From: an uncultured Aliarcobacter sp.
GTDB taxonomy: Bacteria; Campylobacterota; Campylobacteria; Campylobacterales; Arcobacteraceae
Direction: 5' to 3'
Length of the DNA: 64,000 nucleotides
NCBI GenBank assembly: GCA_963664305.2
Contig: CAXXLV010000002.1
Coordinates: 1,664,001-1,728,000, forward strand
Shown: piece after piece, positions 42,326 to 53,661 of the stretch
How the letters are laid out: each line of letters opens with the position of its first letter
Position numbering within the stretch: position 1 is the stretch's first letter
Notes under the pieces: generated by a model
What the model was told of the DNA's origin: nothing
Seen by the model: the letters and a program-made list of their open reading frames with translations, nothing else
The model's database searches: none
Position numbers and translations under genes: made by a program

Positions 42326-42907
42326 TTAATTTCCTAATAAATGTTTTAAATTTTTATACTCTTGTTCTAAAATATTTTTATTTTCATTTAAAAATTCTTC
42401 ATTATCAAATCTGAATTTTATTATGAAATATCCATATTTTTCATCATCAACATCTGCTTCTAAATCAACTTTTGTATCATAAAAATCATCTAATTGAATA
42501 TCTGATGCTAAAAAAACTATCAAAATATTTAAAGCTTTTTCAAGAGTTTCATCTTCAATAATATTTGCTATTACAAAAAACAACTCTTTTGCACCTTTAA
42601 AATTTTCATTTGACCACTTCTCAATTGCATGCTCATATAAAGCTCTTACATAAAGAAGATTGTCTCCTTCAAGTTTCAATTTTTCATGTTTTGTTAAAAT
42701 TTTCTCAACATTTGAAAAAGATGTTTTTAAAATTTGTTCATAAAGTTTATTTATATCTTCTTCATCAAGCCCAAGAACTAACATAGAATCTAACGTTTCA
42801 TACATTAGTCCTATATCTTCAGCTTTCATTGAATTAACTCTTGTTTCTTCTAAATATTTTAAGAAATCAGGATTTGTTCTTGCTTCAAATAACGCGTCTT
42901 TATCCAT
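42326..42907 (-). CDS. Acidic alpha-helical hypothetical protein
   Basis: Intact 193-aa ORF coupled to dapC (overlap) and murC (abutting). Confidence 0.75.
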   Translation of the reverse strand: MDKDALFEARTNPDFLKYLEETRVNSMKAEDIGLMYETLDSMLVLGLDEEDINKLYEQILKTSFSNVEKILTKHEKLKLEGDNLLYVRALYEHAIEKWSNENFKGAKELFFVIANIIEDETLEKALNILIVFLASDIQLDDFYDTKVDLEADVDDEKYGYFIIKFRFDNEEFLNENKNILEQEYKNLKHLLGN

Positions 42908-44030
42908 CTATAAAATCCTTTAATCTTTTTAATGTTTCTCTTGTTTTTTCTTCATTTTCTACAAGAGCTATTCTTACATAACCTTTTCCTAAACCATTTC
43001 TTCCTAAAAAACTTCCTGGTAGTACTTTGATATTTTTTTCTTTATATAAATTTTTTGTAAATTCAAGTTCATCTTCAACTTCTAACCAAATATAAAAAGT
43101 TGCTTCTGGAATAGTTATCCCTAAAATTTCATGTGCAATTTCAAAATTCTTTTTATAAATTTTTCTAAATTCCATAACATGTTCTTGGTCATTCCAAGCA
43201 ACAGCTGCTGCTTCTTGTAAAGGAACTGGTGAAGCACATCCAACATAAGTTCTATATTGTAAATACTCTTTTAAAATTTTTGCATCACCTGCTATAAATC
43301 CACTTCTTAATCCTGGAGCACTACTTCTTTTTGAAATAGAATTCATTACTAAAACATTTTTAAAATCTTTATTTCCAACAAAAATAGATGCTTCTAATAA
43401 TGATGCTGGCCTATTTTCTTCATCAAAAAAGATTTCACTATAACACTCATCATTTACTAAAATAAAATCAAATTCTAAAGCTTTTTTAACCCATAATCCT
43501 AACTCTTCTTTACTCATTGAAGCTGAAGTTGGATTATTTGGGAAATTTAAAATTACTAAATCACATCTTTTTAATTCATCATCACTAAGCATTGCTTTAA
43601 AATGATTTTCTTTAGTTAAATCTATATGAATAACTTCTGCCCTACTTGCGATAGCTGCACCTTCATAAATTTGATAAAAAGGATTAGTAAATGCCATAAC
43701 TGGATTTTTTTTATCAAAAAGAGCAAATTGAGGAAAGTTAAATAAAACTTCTCTTGTTCCAAATGTTGGAACAATTTGATTCATTTCTAAAGATACATTA
43801 AATCTATTTTGTACAAAATTAATCATAGATTCTCTTAAAAATGGTTCTCCAACAGTTGATGGATATTTTCTTAAACTTGAACTTGTTTCTTTTAATTTTT
43901 CTTGTATAAAATGTGGTGTTTCAAATTTTGGCTCACCTATTGTTAAAACAGATAATTCATAATTATCATTAGGAAGTATATCTGTTAATAACTCATTCAA
44001 TTTTTCAAAGGGATATTTTTCAAAATTCAT
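42900..44030 (-). CDS. dapC: Succinyldiaminopimelate transaminase (class I/II)
   Basis: YPFEKL, LTIGEP, NPFYQIYEGAA, DECYSEI, SISKRSSAPGLRSG. Confidence 0.88.
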   Translation of the reverse strand: MNFEKYPFEKLNELLTDILPNDNYELSVLTIGEPKFETPHFIQEKLKETSSSLRKYPSTVGEPFLRESMINFVQNRFNVSLEMNQIVPTFGTREVLFNFPQFALFDKKNPVMAFTNPFYQIYEGAAIASRAEVIHIDLTKENHFKAMLSDDELKRCDLVILNFPNNPTSASMSKEELGLWVKKALEFDFILVNDECYSEIFFDEENRPASLLEASIFVGNKDFKNVLVMNSISKRSSAPGLRSGFIAGDAKILKEYLQYRTYVGCASPVPLQEAAAVAWNDQEHVMEFRKIYKKNFEIAHEILGITIPEATFYIWLEVEDELEFTKNLYKEKNIKVLPGSFLGRNGLGKGYVRIALVENEEKTRETLKRLKDFIDG

Positions 44031-44047
44031 AATATTTATTTCCTTAT

Positions 44048-45475
44048 TTATTCTTCTGATATTGGGATTAATAACTGATTAAATTTATTCATATCAAATG
44101 CGATAAAATCGCTATTTGTATAGAAAAATTTAAATGAAAATCTTTTCTTAAACATATCTTGTTTTAAAGGTAAGATTTGTAACATATTTCTTTGTTTTTT
44201 AAGTTCTCTTATTGGATTTTCTCCACTTGTAACTACTTCTAGTTTTTCATTAAATATTTTAGCAAGATTTTCAAAGTGGTCAATCAAAGTTGATTTTCCA
44301 TCTTTTTCACCAATTGGGTCCAAATCAAATATTTTTGTTTTAATTTTTAATTGACTTGAAATATCAAAAACAATTGGAGATATTTGCTCATAAGAGTTTG
44401 TGTCATTTAATATAATTACCGTTCGTTTTACTGATTTTAATTTCTCTTTTCCAAATTTAAAAACAGGAATTTTTAGTTCCATTACACTTTTAACTCTATT
44501 TTTATCTTTAAACATTTCATGAGTTAATATAATCATACCAATATTATATTTTCTATAATCCTCTTTTATTATTTTTGTAAAACCTTTATTCGCATAATCA
44601 ATTTGTAAAATAATAGTAGGGAAATGTCTCAATTCATTTTTGATTAAATCCATAATTTCAACAGTTGTAGGTCTTGTAACTCTAACTATCAATAAATTAT
44701 TTTTTAATTTTTGGTTTAAATATTTTGTTTCATCTAAAGCTTTTTTTACACTATTTTCATCTTCAAGATATAAATCTAAATATAAATAAATATTACTTCC
44801 AAATGGCATTGGAAATTGACCTTGTGTTTTTCCAATTACATTGTAAACTTGCATTAAAACATCAGGTTTTCCAATAACTAAAATTATGTCATTTGGTTTT
44901 AAAACCAAAGATGGTTTTATATTTATCATCTTTTGATTTCTGTAAAGTCCAAAAATTTTCCACTCTTTTTGTTCAATTGAACCAATATATCTATAAGCAT
45001 AAGAACTTCCAAATGGAATTCTTATCTCCATAATTTCACCTTGTTTTAGTCCAATATTTTGTGCTAAAACTGGAACATTTGGAAGTTTTTCAACCATTCC
45101 ATTTGCTAAAACTTCAATTCCTCTATAAATTTGAACTAAAGGGTCATTTACTTTAATTCCCCAATAATCTAATACAGTCATTTGAAGATTTTTTGTATGT
45201 TCTCTAATATTTTTAATTACATTTAACATCTCATCTTTTGAGTTAAGTGCAATTAAAACTTCTGTATGAATATTCTTATCTAAAACCATTGAAAGTTTTG
45301 ATTTTGAAGTTGGATCGAACTTATAAAATGTAAAATTTGAAGGCTTTTGTACTGGTAAAATTACATCGCTCATATATATCACATCATAACTGTTATCGCC
45401 TGTATTTGCTTCAACAATTCTTTGCATTAACTTCTTTGCAACAATACCATCTAATATAATTAATATTTTTTTCAT
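44048..45475 (-). CDS. COG3400-like protein with RCK/TrkA-C domain
   Basis: N-terminal Rossmann-like region; GEIMEIRIPFGSSYAYR...LKPNDIILVIG RCK_C pattern; divergent from tgt. Confidence 0.78.
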   Translation of the reverse strand: MKKILIILDGIVAKKLMQRIVEANTGDNSYDVIYMSDVILPVQKPSNFTFYKFDPTSKSKLSMVLDKNIHTEVLIALNSKDEMLNVIKNIREHTKNLQMTVLDYWGIKVNDPLVQIYRGIEVLANGMVEKLPNVPVLAQNIGLKQGEIMEIRIPFGSSYAYRYIGSIEQKEWKIFGLYRNQKMINIKPSLVLKPNDIILVIGKPDVLMQVYNVIGKTQGQFPMPFGSNIYLYLDLYLEDENSVKKALDETKYLNQKLKNNLLIVRVTRPTTVEIMDLIKNELRHFPTIILQIDYANKGFTKIIKEDYRKYNIGMIILTHEMFKDKNRVKSVMELKIPVFKFGKEKLKSVKRTVIILNDTNSYEQISPIVFDISSQLKIKTKIFDLDPIGEKDGKSTLIDHFENLAKIFNEKLEVVTSGENPIRELKKQRNMLQILPLKQDMFKKRFSFKFFYTNSDFIAFDMNKFNQLLIPISEE

Positions 45476-45553
45476 GGCTAAAATTATATCCTAAAAAAAT
45501 TAATTGTAGATTTGAATTACTAGATATAAATCTAACTTTAGATACAATAATGA

Positions 45554-46702
<1,149 letters not shown>

Positions 46703-46746
46703 ACTCTTTTTTGATAAAATAAAATATATTAAAAATAAGGATACTT

Positions 46747-47037
46747 ATGACTGTTGATGATAAATTAATTGCAAAATTAGAAAAATTATCAAGTTTACAG
46801 GTTGATGATTCAAGAAAAGAGAAATTGAAATCAGAATTAGCTGATATTATTAACTTCGTTGAAAATTTAAATGATATTGATGTAAGTCATATCGAAGCTA
46901 CATTTACTACAATTGAAGGTGGAACACCTTTAAGAGAAGATGTATCAGTTCAAAATTTAGAATTATCAAATCAAATTTTAAAAAATGCTCCAAAATCTGA
47001 AGATGGATACTTTATCGTTCCAAAAATTATTGAATAG
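46747..47037 (+). CDS. gatC: Asp/Glu-tRNA amidotransferase subunit C
   Basis: TPLRED, NAP, YFIVPKII. Confidence 0.95.
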   Translation: MTVDDKLIAKLEKLSSLQVDDSRKEKLKSELADIINFVENLNDIDVSHIEATFTTIEGGTPLREDVSVQNLELSNQILKNAPKSEDGYFIVPKIIE

Positions 47038-47046
47038 GAAAATTTT

Positions 47047-47388
47047 ATGATTACAGTTTACGGTATAAAAACTTGTGGAAGTGTAAGAAATGCTTTAAAA
47101 TTTTTCAAAGATAATAATATTGAAGTTGAATTTTTTGATTTTAAAAAAGAGACTCCAAGTGCAGATAAAATAAAAACTTGGACTACTAAAGCTGATATAA
47201 ATATTCTTTTTAATAACAAAGGTACAAAATATAAAACATTAAATCTAAAAGAGTTAAATCTTGATGATAATGGAAAATATGAATGGTTATGTAAAGAACC
47301 ATTACTTTTTAAAAGACCAGTTATTGAATTTGATGATAAATTAGTTGTAGCTTGGGATGAAGAGCTTTACAAAAAAACTTTTTTATAG
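47047..47388 (+). CDS. ArsC/Spx-family (YffB-like) protein
   Basis: VYGIKTCGSVR, FDFKK, PLLFKRPVI. Confidence 0.88.
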   Translation: MITVYGIKTCGSVRNALKFFKDNNIEVEFFDFKKETPSADKIKTWTTKADINILFNNKGTKYKTLNLKELNLDDNGKYEWLCKEPLLFKRPVIEFDDKLVVAWDEELYKKTFL

Positions 47389-47410
47389 AAAGTAGAAACC
47401 TACTTTCTAT
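47385..47410. terminator. Bidirectional hairpin between convergent genes
   Basis: ATAGAAAGTAG-AAAC-CTACTTTCTAT. Confidence 0.6.
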
Positions 47411-47413
47411 CTA

Positions 47414-47845
47414 TCAAGACTCAATTGTAGTCTTTGTATTTAATTTTAAATCTTCTATTTGTTTTGAAGTTGAAGAAACTTTAATCCAAAATAAAATCAT
47501 ACAAACTAATAATACTAGTGCTCCTAAAATAGGAATCCATGTATAAAGTAAACCTAAAATAACTATCCAACCAATTGTTGCAGGATATTTTATTTCTTTA
47601 AAAGGTAATTTAAATTCTGATTCCAATGCTCTTGATGCAGTGTCTGCTTTAATATTAAATACAATTAAAGCAATAAAGCCCCAAAAAGGAATCACTTGAC
47701 TCCAAACCCAAATTTTACTTATAAAAGTTTGAGGTAAACCATCAACTCTCATTACATTAACTAATTTATTAAGGCTTAATAAAAATCCTAACCAAACTAG
47801 AAAAATAAATAAAAAAACAAATAATCCAGCTCCTACTGCTGCCAT
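47414..47845 (-). CDS. Hypothetical multi-TM membrane protein
   Basis: About four hydrophobic segments; start ATG 47845 with AAGGAG SD. Confidence 0.8.
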   Translation of the reverse strand: MAAVGAGLFVFLFIFLVWLGFLLSLNKLVNVMRVDGLPQTFISKIWVWSQVIPFWGFIALIVFNIKADTASRALESEFKLPFKEIKYPATIGWIVILGLLYTWIPILGALVLLVCMILFWIKVSSTSKQIEDLKLNTKTTIES

Positions 47846-47941
47846 ATTTTCTCCTTGTGTATTAATGAACAAAAATAATACACAAAGAATTACTCATAAA
47901 TGACTCATTTTTTTATTTTAAAATAATTTTTATGAAATTAA

Positions 47942-48781
47942 TTAAAATTTATAACCTACATTAAAATAGTGTGCATATCCAGAAGTTTTTGTCTCTTTAC
48001 CATTTAAAACTTCTCCATCTTTCCATTGAGTCATATCTTTATAAACTTTTAAACCATATCCAGCTGTCCATTTTTTGTCATGTACCCAAAGTCCTAAATA
48101 TGATTGTAATGAATCACTAGTTCTATATTGTCTTTCAAAACTGTTATTATCTAAATCACTTCCAAACTCATAATCTAAATAACCTTGAAAAGATAAAAAT
48201 CTTGAATCTGTAAAATTATATAAAGGTTTAAACCAATTTATGTGAGCAACATATCCATCAAAACTATTTTCATTACTTGCACCATAATTTTCTTCTACAT
48301 ATCTCGTATAAAAATTCACACCACTTTTTCCAAGCCATGGAATATCTACATCACTTCCTAATCCCATCCAAACTATCTTTAATCCATCTCCATTTGGCTC
48401 ATCTGCATAATAGATATCAAAAGCTATAAATAACTCTTGTAAAGCACCATAAGATAAATCAGTATTTGTTAAATAATCTATTGAAATTCTTGGTTCTATA
48501 TCAGCAAAAAAGTTATTTTGTCCATGCTTATCACTTGTTGAAGTATTTAAAGCATCTATAAAATCTATATACCCATATAAATCTAACCATTCATATCTTC
48601 CACCAAACTCAAACTCCACATAATTATCATCAAATGCAAAAGGACCTGCTTTTTGATTTTCTCCATGATAAAGGTGTAAAGTTTCCCAATGTGAATTAGT
48701 AATCGAATCAATATTTTTCGCAGAAACATTGATAACTAAAACAACAAATAGAAAAAATATTTTTAACATAAAACTTTTCAT
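47942..48781 (-). CDS. Tsx/OmpK-family outer membrane channel
   Basis: Signal peptide; YVEFEFGGR-LDLYGYID, PRISIDY, LSFQGYLDY; terminal VGYKF beta-signal. Confidence 0.88.
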   Translation of the reverse strand: MKSFMLKIFFLFVVLVINVSAKNIDSITNSHWETLHLYHGENQKAGPFAFDDNYVEFEFGGRYEWLDLYGYIDFIDALNTSTSDKHGQNNFFADIEPRISIDYLTNTDLSYGALQELFIAFDIYYADEPNGDGLKIVWMGLGSDVDIPWLGKSGVNFYTRYVEENYGASNENSFDGYVAHINWFKPLYNFTDSRFLSFQGYLDYEFGSDLDNNSFERQYRTSDSLQSYLGLWVHDKKWTAGYGLKVYKDMTQWKDGEVLNGKETKTSGYAHYFNVGYKF

Positions 48782-48802
48782 AATTTTCCTTATTTTTTAA
48801 TC

Positions 48803-48834
48803 AAAAAAAAAGAGAAAGCAAAAACTTTCTCTTT
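48803..48834 (-). terminator. Intrinsic terminator after DAHP synthase gene
   Basis: AAAGAGAAAG/CTTTCTCTTT stem with a long U-tract on the minus strand. Confidence 0.8.
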
Positions 48835-48864
48835 CTTATATACATAACACTTTCTACTTTAATA

Positions 48865-50226
48865 TTATGCAAGATTTTTTCTTGCTTCTTTTAAAGTATC
48901 AGCAATCATAAATGACAATTCTAAAGCTTGGTCAGCATTTAATCTTGGGTCACATTGAGTATGATATCTACTTGCAAGACTCTCTTGAGTTACAGCTGAA
49001 GATGCACTTCCTGTACATTCAGTTACATTTTGTCCTGTCATTTCAAGATGAATTCCACCTGCATAAGTCCCCTCAGCCTTATGAATTTGGAAAAATTGTT
49101 TAACTTCACTTAAAATTGCTTCAAAATCTCTTGTTTTATATCCATTGTCAGCTTTTATTGTATTTCCATGCATTGGGTCACTTGACCATAATACATTTTT
49201 ACCTTCAGCTTTTACTCTTTGTAAAAGTTTTGGGAAGAAATCACCAACTTTGTTTGCACCCATTCTAACAATAAGATTTAATCTTCCTGCTTCATTAGTA
49301 GGATTTAAAGTATCAATTAATTGAATTAATTCATCCTCTTTCATAGAAGGTCCTACTTTACATCCAATTGGATTTTTAATACCTCTAAAATATTCAATAT
49401 GAGCATCTTTTAAATCTCTTGTTCTATCACCAATCCATAACATATGAGCAGCACAGTTAAACCAATCACCAGTGATTGAATCACGTCTAGTTAATGCTTG
49501 TTCATAGTTTAATAAAAGTGCTTCATGTGAAGTAAATAGAGTTGTTTGATTTAGTTGTGGAGTATTTTCACTTGTAATTCCACAAGCTTTCATAAATGTT
49601 AAACTTTCACTAATTTTATTTGCAAGTTCTTCATATTTTGCACCTAAATAGTTATCTTTTACAAAGTCAAGATTCCATAAATGAACTTGATTTAAATCAG
49701 CCATTCCACCTCTTGAAAAAGCTCTTAAAAGGTTCATTGTTGCTGCACTTTGGTTATATGCTTTTAATAATTTTTTAGCTCTTGGATTTCTTGCTTTTTC
49801 AGTAAAATCAATATCATTTACAATATCACCTCTATATGAAGGTAAAGAAACTCCATCTATCTCTTCAAAATCAGAACTTCTTGGTTTTGCAAATTGACCT
49901 GCAACTCGTCCAACTTTTACAACTGGACAACCACCAGAAAAAGTTAAAACAACTGCCATCTGCATCATTACTTTAAATAAATCTTTTATATTTGCAGCAT
50001 TAAATGATGTAAATGATTCTGCACAATCTCCACCTTGAAGTAAAAAAGCTTTACCATTAACAACATCTGCTAACTGTTTTTTTAAATTCAGTGCTTCTCC
50101 TGCAAAAATTAAAGGAGGGTATGATGCTAATTCAGATTCTACTTTTGCAAGTTTTTCTAAATCATTATATGTTGGTTGTTGTTTTATAGGAAAATCTCTC
50201 CAGCTATTTGGAGTCCAAATATTCAT
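48865..50226 (-). CDS. Class II DAHP synthase
   Basis: [43 protein letters not shown]; start ATG 50226. Confidence 0.97.
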   Translation of the reverse strand: MNIWTPNSWRDFPIKQQPTYNDLEKLAKVESELASYPPLIFAGEALNLKKQLADVVNGKAFLLQGGDCAESFTSFNAANIKDLFKVMMQMAVVLTFSGGCPVVKVGRVAGQFAKPRSSDFEEIDGVSLPSYRGDIVNDIDFTEKARNPRAKKLLKAYNQSAATMNLLRAFSRGGMADLNQVHLWNLDFVKDNYLGAKYEELANKISESLTFMKACGITSENTPQLNQTTLFTSHEALLLNYEQALTRRDSITGDWFNCAAHMLWIGDRTRDLKDAHIEYFRGIKNPIGCKVGPSMKEDELIQLIDTLNPTNEAGRLNLIVRMGANKVGDFFPKLLQRVKAEGKNVLWSSDPMHGNTIKADNGYKTRDFEAILSEVKQFFQIHKAEGTYAGGIHLEMTGQNVTECTGSASSAVTQESLASRYHTQCDPRLNADQALELSFMIADTLKEARKNLA

Positions 50227-50291
50227 TTTTTCTACCTTTTTATATATTTTTATCATTGGAAAAATTTTATCCAATGAAGCTTAAATACTTT

Positions 50292-51284
50292 TTAATTTAT
50301 TAGTTTTGAAAGTAAATCTCTAAACGAAACTTTAAATGCTTCTAAACCATCAACTAATAGCTTATCATAAACTGATTGCATTTTGATTCCTTTTGATTTT
50401 AAAAGTTCAAAATATTTATCACAATCTACTTCACTCATTAATGGAGTTTCAACTTTAGAACCATCCATCAACCAATCTTCAATAGTTGTAAGAGGTGCAG
50501 TATTTACCGAATTTGGATAAATCAAGTTATCAATATAATAACTAGGACTTAATTCATTTCCTTTTACACCTGTACTTGCAAATAATGTTCTGATATTAGG
50601 ATTTTGGAATTTATTTACTTCATGATAACATTTTGTTGCATTTATAATACCTAGTTTAGAAGGTTGTAAACCTTTTAAAACAAAATCTGCATCCATCATT
50701 CTATCAAATCTTGAAACAAATACTGAAATAACAGCTTTTATATCTTTATTTGAATCTTTAATTCCTTCATCCAAAGCTTGTGCACATTTGATAGCTTGTT
50801 CAGGTGAGAAAATTAAAGTTGCATTTACATTGATTCCTCTTGAAGTTAACTCTCTCATTGCAATATATCCAGCTTCAGTTGCAGGAACTTTTATCATTAC
50901 ATTTTCTGCATTTATTGAGTTAAAAAGTCTAACACCTTCATCAATAGTTCCAGCTGCATCATCACATAAAAGTGGATCAACTTCAATAGAGATAAATCCA
51001 TCATCTGCATCATTTTTATGTAATTTATCTAATAAAAAAGCAGCTCTTTTGATATCTGTTAAAGCTAATTCTTCATAAATTGTTTTTGCATTGTTTGCTT
51101 GTAACATATCAAGTTGTTGTTTATAAGCAACAGAGTTTGTAATTGATGATTCAAAAATTGCAGGATTTGAAGTAGCACCTTGGATAATCCCTTTTTTAAT
51201 AATCTCTTTAAATCTATTTTCTAAAAAATCTCTTTCAATAAAATCACACCATAAAGAGTAGTTAATATCTTCTTTTAAACCCAT
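50292..51284 (-). CDS. tal: Transaldolase
   Basis: GATSNPAIF, MIKVPAT (Schiff-base Lys), NATLIFS, SVFVSR, FASTGVK. Confidence 0.95.
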   Translation of the reverse strand: MGLKEDINYSLWCDFIERDFLENRFKEIIKKGIIQGATSNPAIFESSITNSVAYKQQLDMLQANNAKTIYEELALTDIKRAAFLLDKLHKNDADDGFISIEVDPLLCDDAAGTIDEGVRLFNSINAENVMIKVPATEAGYIAMRELTSRGINVNATLIFSPEQAIKCAQALDEGIKDSNKDIKAVISVFVSRFDRMMDADFVLKGLQPSKLGIINATKCYHEVNKFQNPNIRTLFASTGVKGNELSPSYYIDNLIYPNSVNTAPLTTIEDWLMDGSKVETPLMSEVDCDKYFELLKSKGIKMQSVYDKLLVDGLEAFKVSFRDLLSKLIN

Positions 51285-51285
51285 G

Positions 51286-51912
51286 TTAAGCCTTTACATA
51301 ATCTAAAATTTTTGTTAAATCTTTTGTGTCAATAATAATACTAGCCTCTTTTTTAAGCACTTCTCTTGCACAAAAAGCAACTCTTGTATCAGCCTCAGCA
51401 AACATACTTAAGTCATTTGCTCCATCTCCACAAACTAAAGTTTCAGCTCTTGTTATTCCCATTAATGCTTGAATTCTTTGAAGCATATCCCCTTTTGAAT
51501 AACCAAACATCATATCTCCTCCAATTAATCCAGTCAATACTCCATTTTTCTCATGTAATACATTTGAAAAATCAGCATCTAAACCTAATTTTTCTCTAGC
51601 AGGAGATGTCCCTATTCTAAATCCACCAGAAAAACATACTACTTTATATCCCATTTTTTGAAGTTCTGGAACTAACTCTTTTGCACCTGGCATTAAAGGA
51701 AGATTTGCACAAATATCAACAACTTTTTTATAATCCATACCTTTTAAAAGTGCAACTCTTGTAGTTAAAGATTCAAAAAAATCAAGTCTTCCACTCATCG
51801 CTTCTTCTGTAATCTTTTTTACTTGTTCACCTATTCCTAACTCATCTGCAAGAAAGTCTATAGTCTCTCCATCCATCAAAGTTGAATCAAAATCAAAAAC
51901 AGCTAATTTCAT
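51286..51912 (-). CDS. serB: Phosphoserine phosphatase
   Basis: FDFDSTL, SGGF, GDGANDL HAD motifs. Confidence 0.95.
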   Translation of the reverse strand: MKLAVFDFDSTLMDGETIDFLADELGIGEQVKKITEEAMSGRLDFFESLTTRVALLKGMDYKKVVDICANLPLMPGAKELVPELQKMGYKVVCFSGGFRIGTSPAREKLGLDADFSNVLHEKNGVLTGLIGGDMMFGYSKGDMLQRIQALMGITRAETLVCGDGANDLSMFAEADTRVAFCAREVLKKEASIIIDTKDLTKILDYVKA

Positions 51913-51992
51913 TAATTTTCCCTAGTTTTATTCTTTAAAGGGTATAATATTATCTAAATTTAACTAAATATATAAAAGGGATATACTTAAAT

Positions 51993-52904
51993 ATGTTTGA
52001 AACACTTATACAAAAACTTCAAGAGGACAAATATCTAACTCTTGAAACAACACCTCAACATGAACCTTCTATGCATAATATTATTGAAAGAATTAAAAAA
52101 TTTAAATTACAAGATAGAGTTGATGGTTTTTCGTGTACAGATAATCCTCTTGCAAAATTAAAATACAATGCTTTATTTGCCTCTTTAAAATTACAAATGG
52201 AATTCAATAAACCTGTAATTGCAACAATGAGTATGAGAGATAGAAATAAAATTGCATTACAATCAGATTTAATGGGGGCAAATGATTTTGATGTAAGAGC
52301 TATTCTTGCACTTACAGGAGATCCAGCTAAAATGAGTGACCAACCTCATGCCAAAGGAGTTTTTGAAGCAAACTCATTAATGCTTTTAAAAATTATCAAA
52401 TCATTTAATTATGGTATGGATATGTCTGGTCATCCTTTTAAAATAGAGCCTAAACAGATTTTTCCTTTTGCTGTTACAAACTCTTATGCAAAAAATTTCT
52501 CAAGTTTAGAGAAAAAAATGCATTTAAAAATTCAAAATGGAGCAGTGGGAATTATTTCTCAACCAGTATTTGATATAGAAAATGCAAAAAAACTTTTAGA
52601 ATCATTTAATATAGCAAAAGAAGGAGTTGAAGGAGATAAACAAAAAGCTCAACTTATTTTTGGAATTTTCCCTGTTACAAAACTTAGAACTGCTCTATTT
52701 TTATCTGCGCAAGTTCCTGGAATTCATGTACCTCAATTTTGGATTGATGCACTTGAAGCAGCTCACAACATCTCTGAAGAAGAAGAGTACAAAGTTGGAA
52801 TGCAATTAAGTCAAGATTTATTTAGAGAATTAAATAAACTTCATCCAAAAATCCATCTTATGACAGCAAATAGATTTGATGTTGCAAATGAGATTATCTC
52901 TTGA
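51993..52904 (+). CDS. metF: Methylenetetrahydrofolate reductase
   Basis: TDNPLA, RDRNKIALQS, LALTGDP, ISQPVFD, VPGIHVP. Confidence 0.9.
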   Translation: MFETLIQKLQEDKYLTLETTPQHEPSMHNIIERIKKFKLQDRVDGFSCTDNPLAKLKYNALFASLKLQMEFNKPVIATMSMRDRNKIALQSDLMGANDFDVRAILALTGDPAKMSDQPHAKGVFEANSLMLLKIIKSFNYGMDMSGHPFKIEPKQIFPFAVTNSYAKNFSSLEKKMHLKIQNGAVGIISQPVFDIENAKKLLESFNIAKEGVEGDKQKAQLIFGIFPVTKLRTALFLSAQVPGIHVPQFWIDALEAAHNISEEEEYKVGMQLSQDLFRELNKLHPKIHLMTANRFDVANEIIS

Positions 52905-53281
52905 GATTAGCTTCAATTGATATTGGACTAAAAAGAATAGGAGTTGCTATTTGTTTAACTTCAAATATTGTAACTCCTCAAACTGCCATTTTAAGAAAAA
53001 ATAGAGACCAAGCTGCAAATGATGTAAACTCTTTTTTAAAAGAGTGGGAAATCGAAAAACTAATAGTTGGATTTCCAAGTGCAAGTCTTGATATGCAAAA
53101 AAGAATTAAACATTTTGTTTCTCTTTTAGAATTACAAATCCCTTATGAATTTTGCGAAGAAAATATGAGTTCTATTGAAGCAGAAGAATTAATCAAAGGT
53201 GAAATTAAATATAAAAGAGATGGAAGAGTTGATTCACTTGCTGCTAAAATCATACTAGAGCGATATTTAGCTAAAAAATAG
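52901..53281 (+). CDS. ruvX: RuvX/YqgF family nuclease
   Basis: IDIGLKRIGVA, IVGFP, EENMSS, DSLAAKIILE; TTGA overlap with metF. Confidence 0.93.
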   Translation: MRLASIDIGLKRIGVAICLTSNIVTPQTAILRKNRDQAANDVNSFLKEWEIEKLIVGFPSASLDMQKRIKHFVSLLELQIPYEFCEENMSSIEAEELIKGEIKYKRDGRVDSLAAKIILERYLAKK

Positions 53282-53632
53282 TTATTTTAAAACATTAACA
53301 ACAACTGCTATTGCAAAACCTGAATCATGGGTTATTGATAAATGAGATTTTTTTATACCAAAAGCTTTTCTAACCTCTTTTTTGTATTTGATTTTAGGTG
53401 CTCCTATTTCACTTTTAGAAATTTTTATATCATGAAAACCACAAGCTGCACCAATTCCTGTACCAAGTGCTTTTGAAGCCGCTTCTTTTGCAGCCCAAAA
53501 TCCAGCTGCTGTTTCAGGTTTTTTAATCAATTCAATCTCTTTCGGATTTAAAAACTTTTCATAAGCCTTTATTCCAAACTTTTCATACATTTTTGTAATT
53601 CTTTCAACTGATGTTATATCTATTCCTATCAT
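53282..53632 (-). CDS. acpS: Holo-ACP synthase
   Basis: IGIDI, FWAAKEAASKALGTG, LSITHD. Confidence 0.97.
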   Translation of the reverse strand: MIGIDITSVERITKMYEKFGIKAYEKFLNPKEIELIKKPETAAGFWAAKEAASKALGTGIGAACGFHDIKISKSEIGAPKIKYKKEVRKAFGIKKSHLSITHDSGFAIAVVVNVLK

Positions 53633-53661
53633 TTAAACCTATCTTTTGTATAATTTGCACC

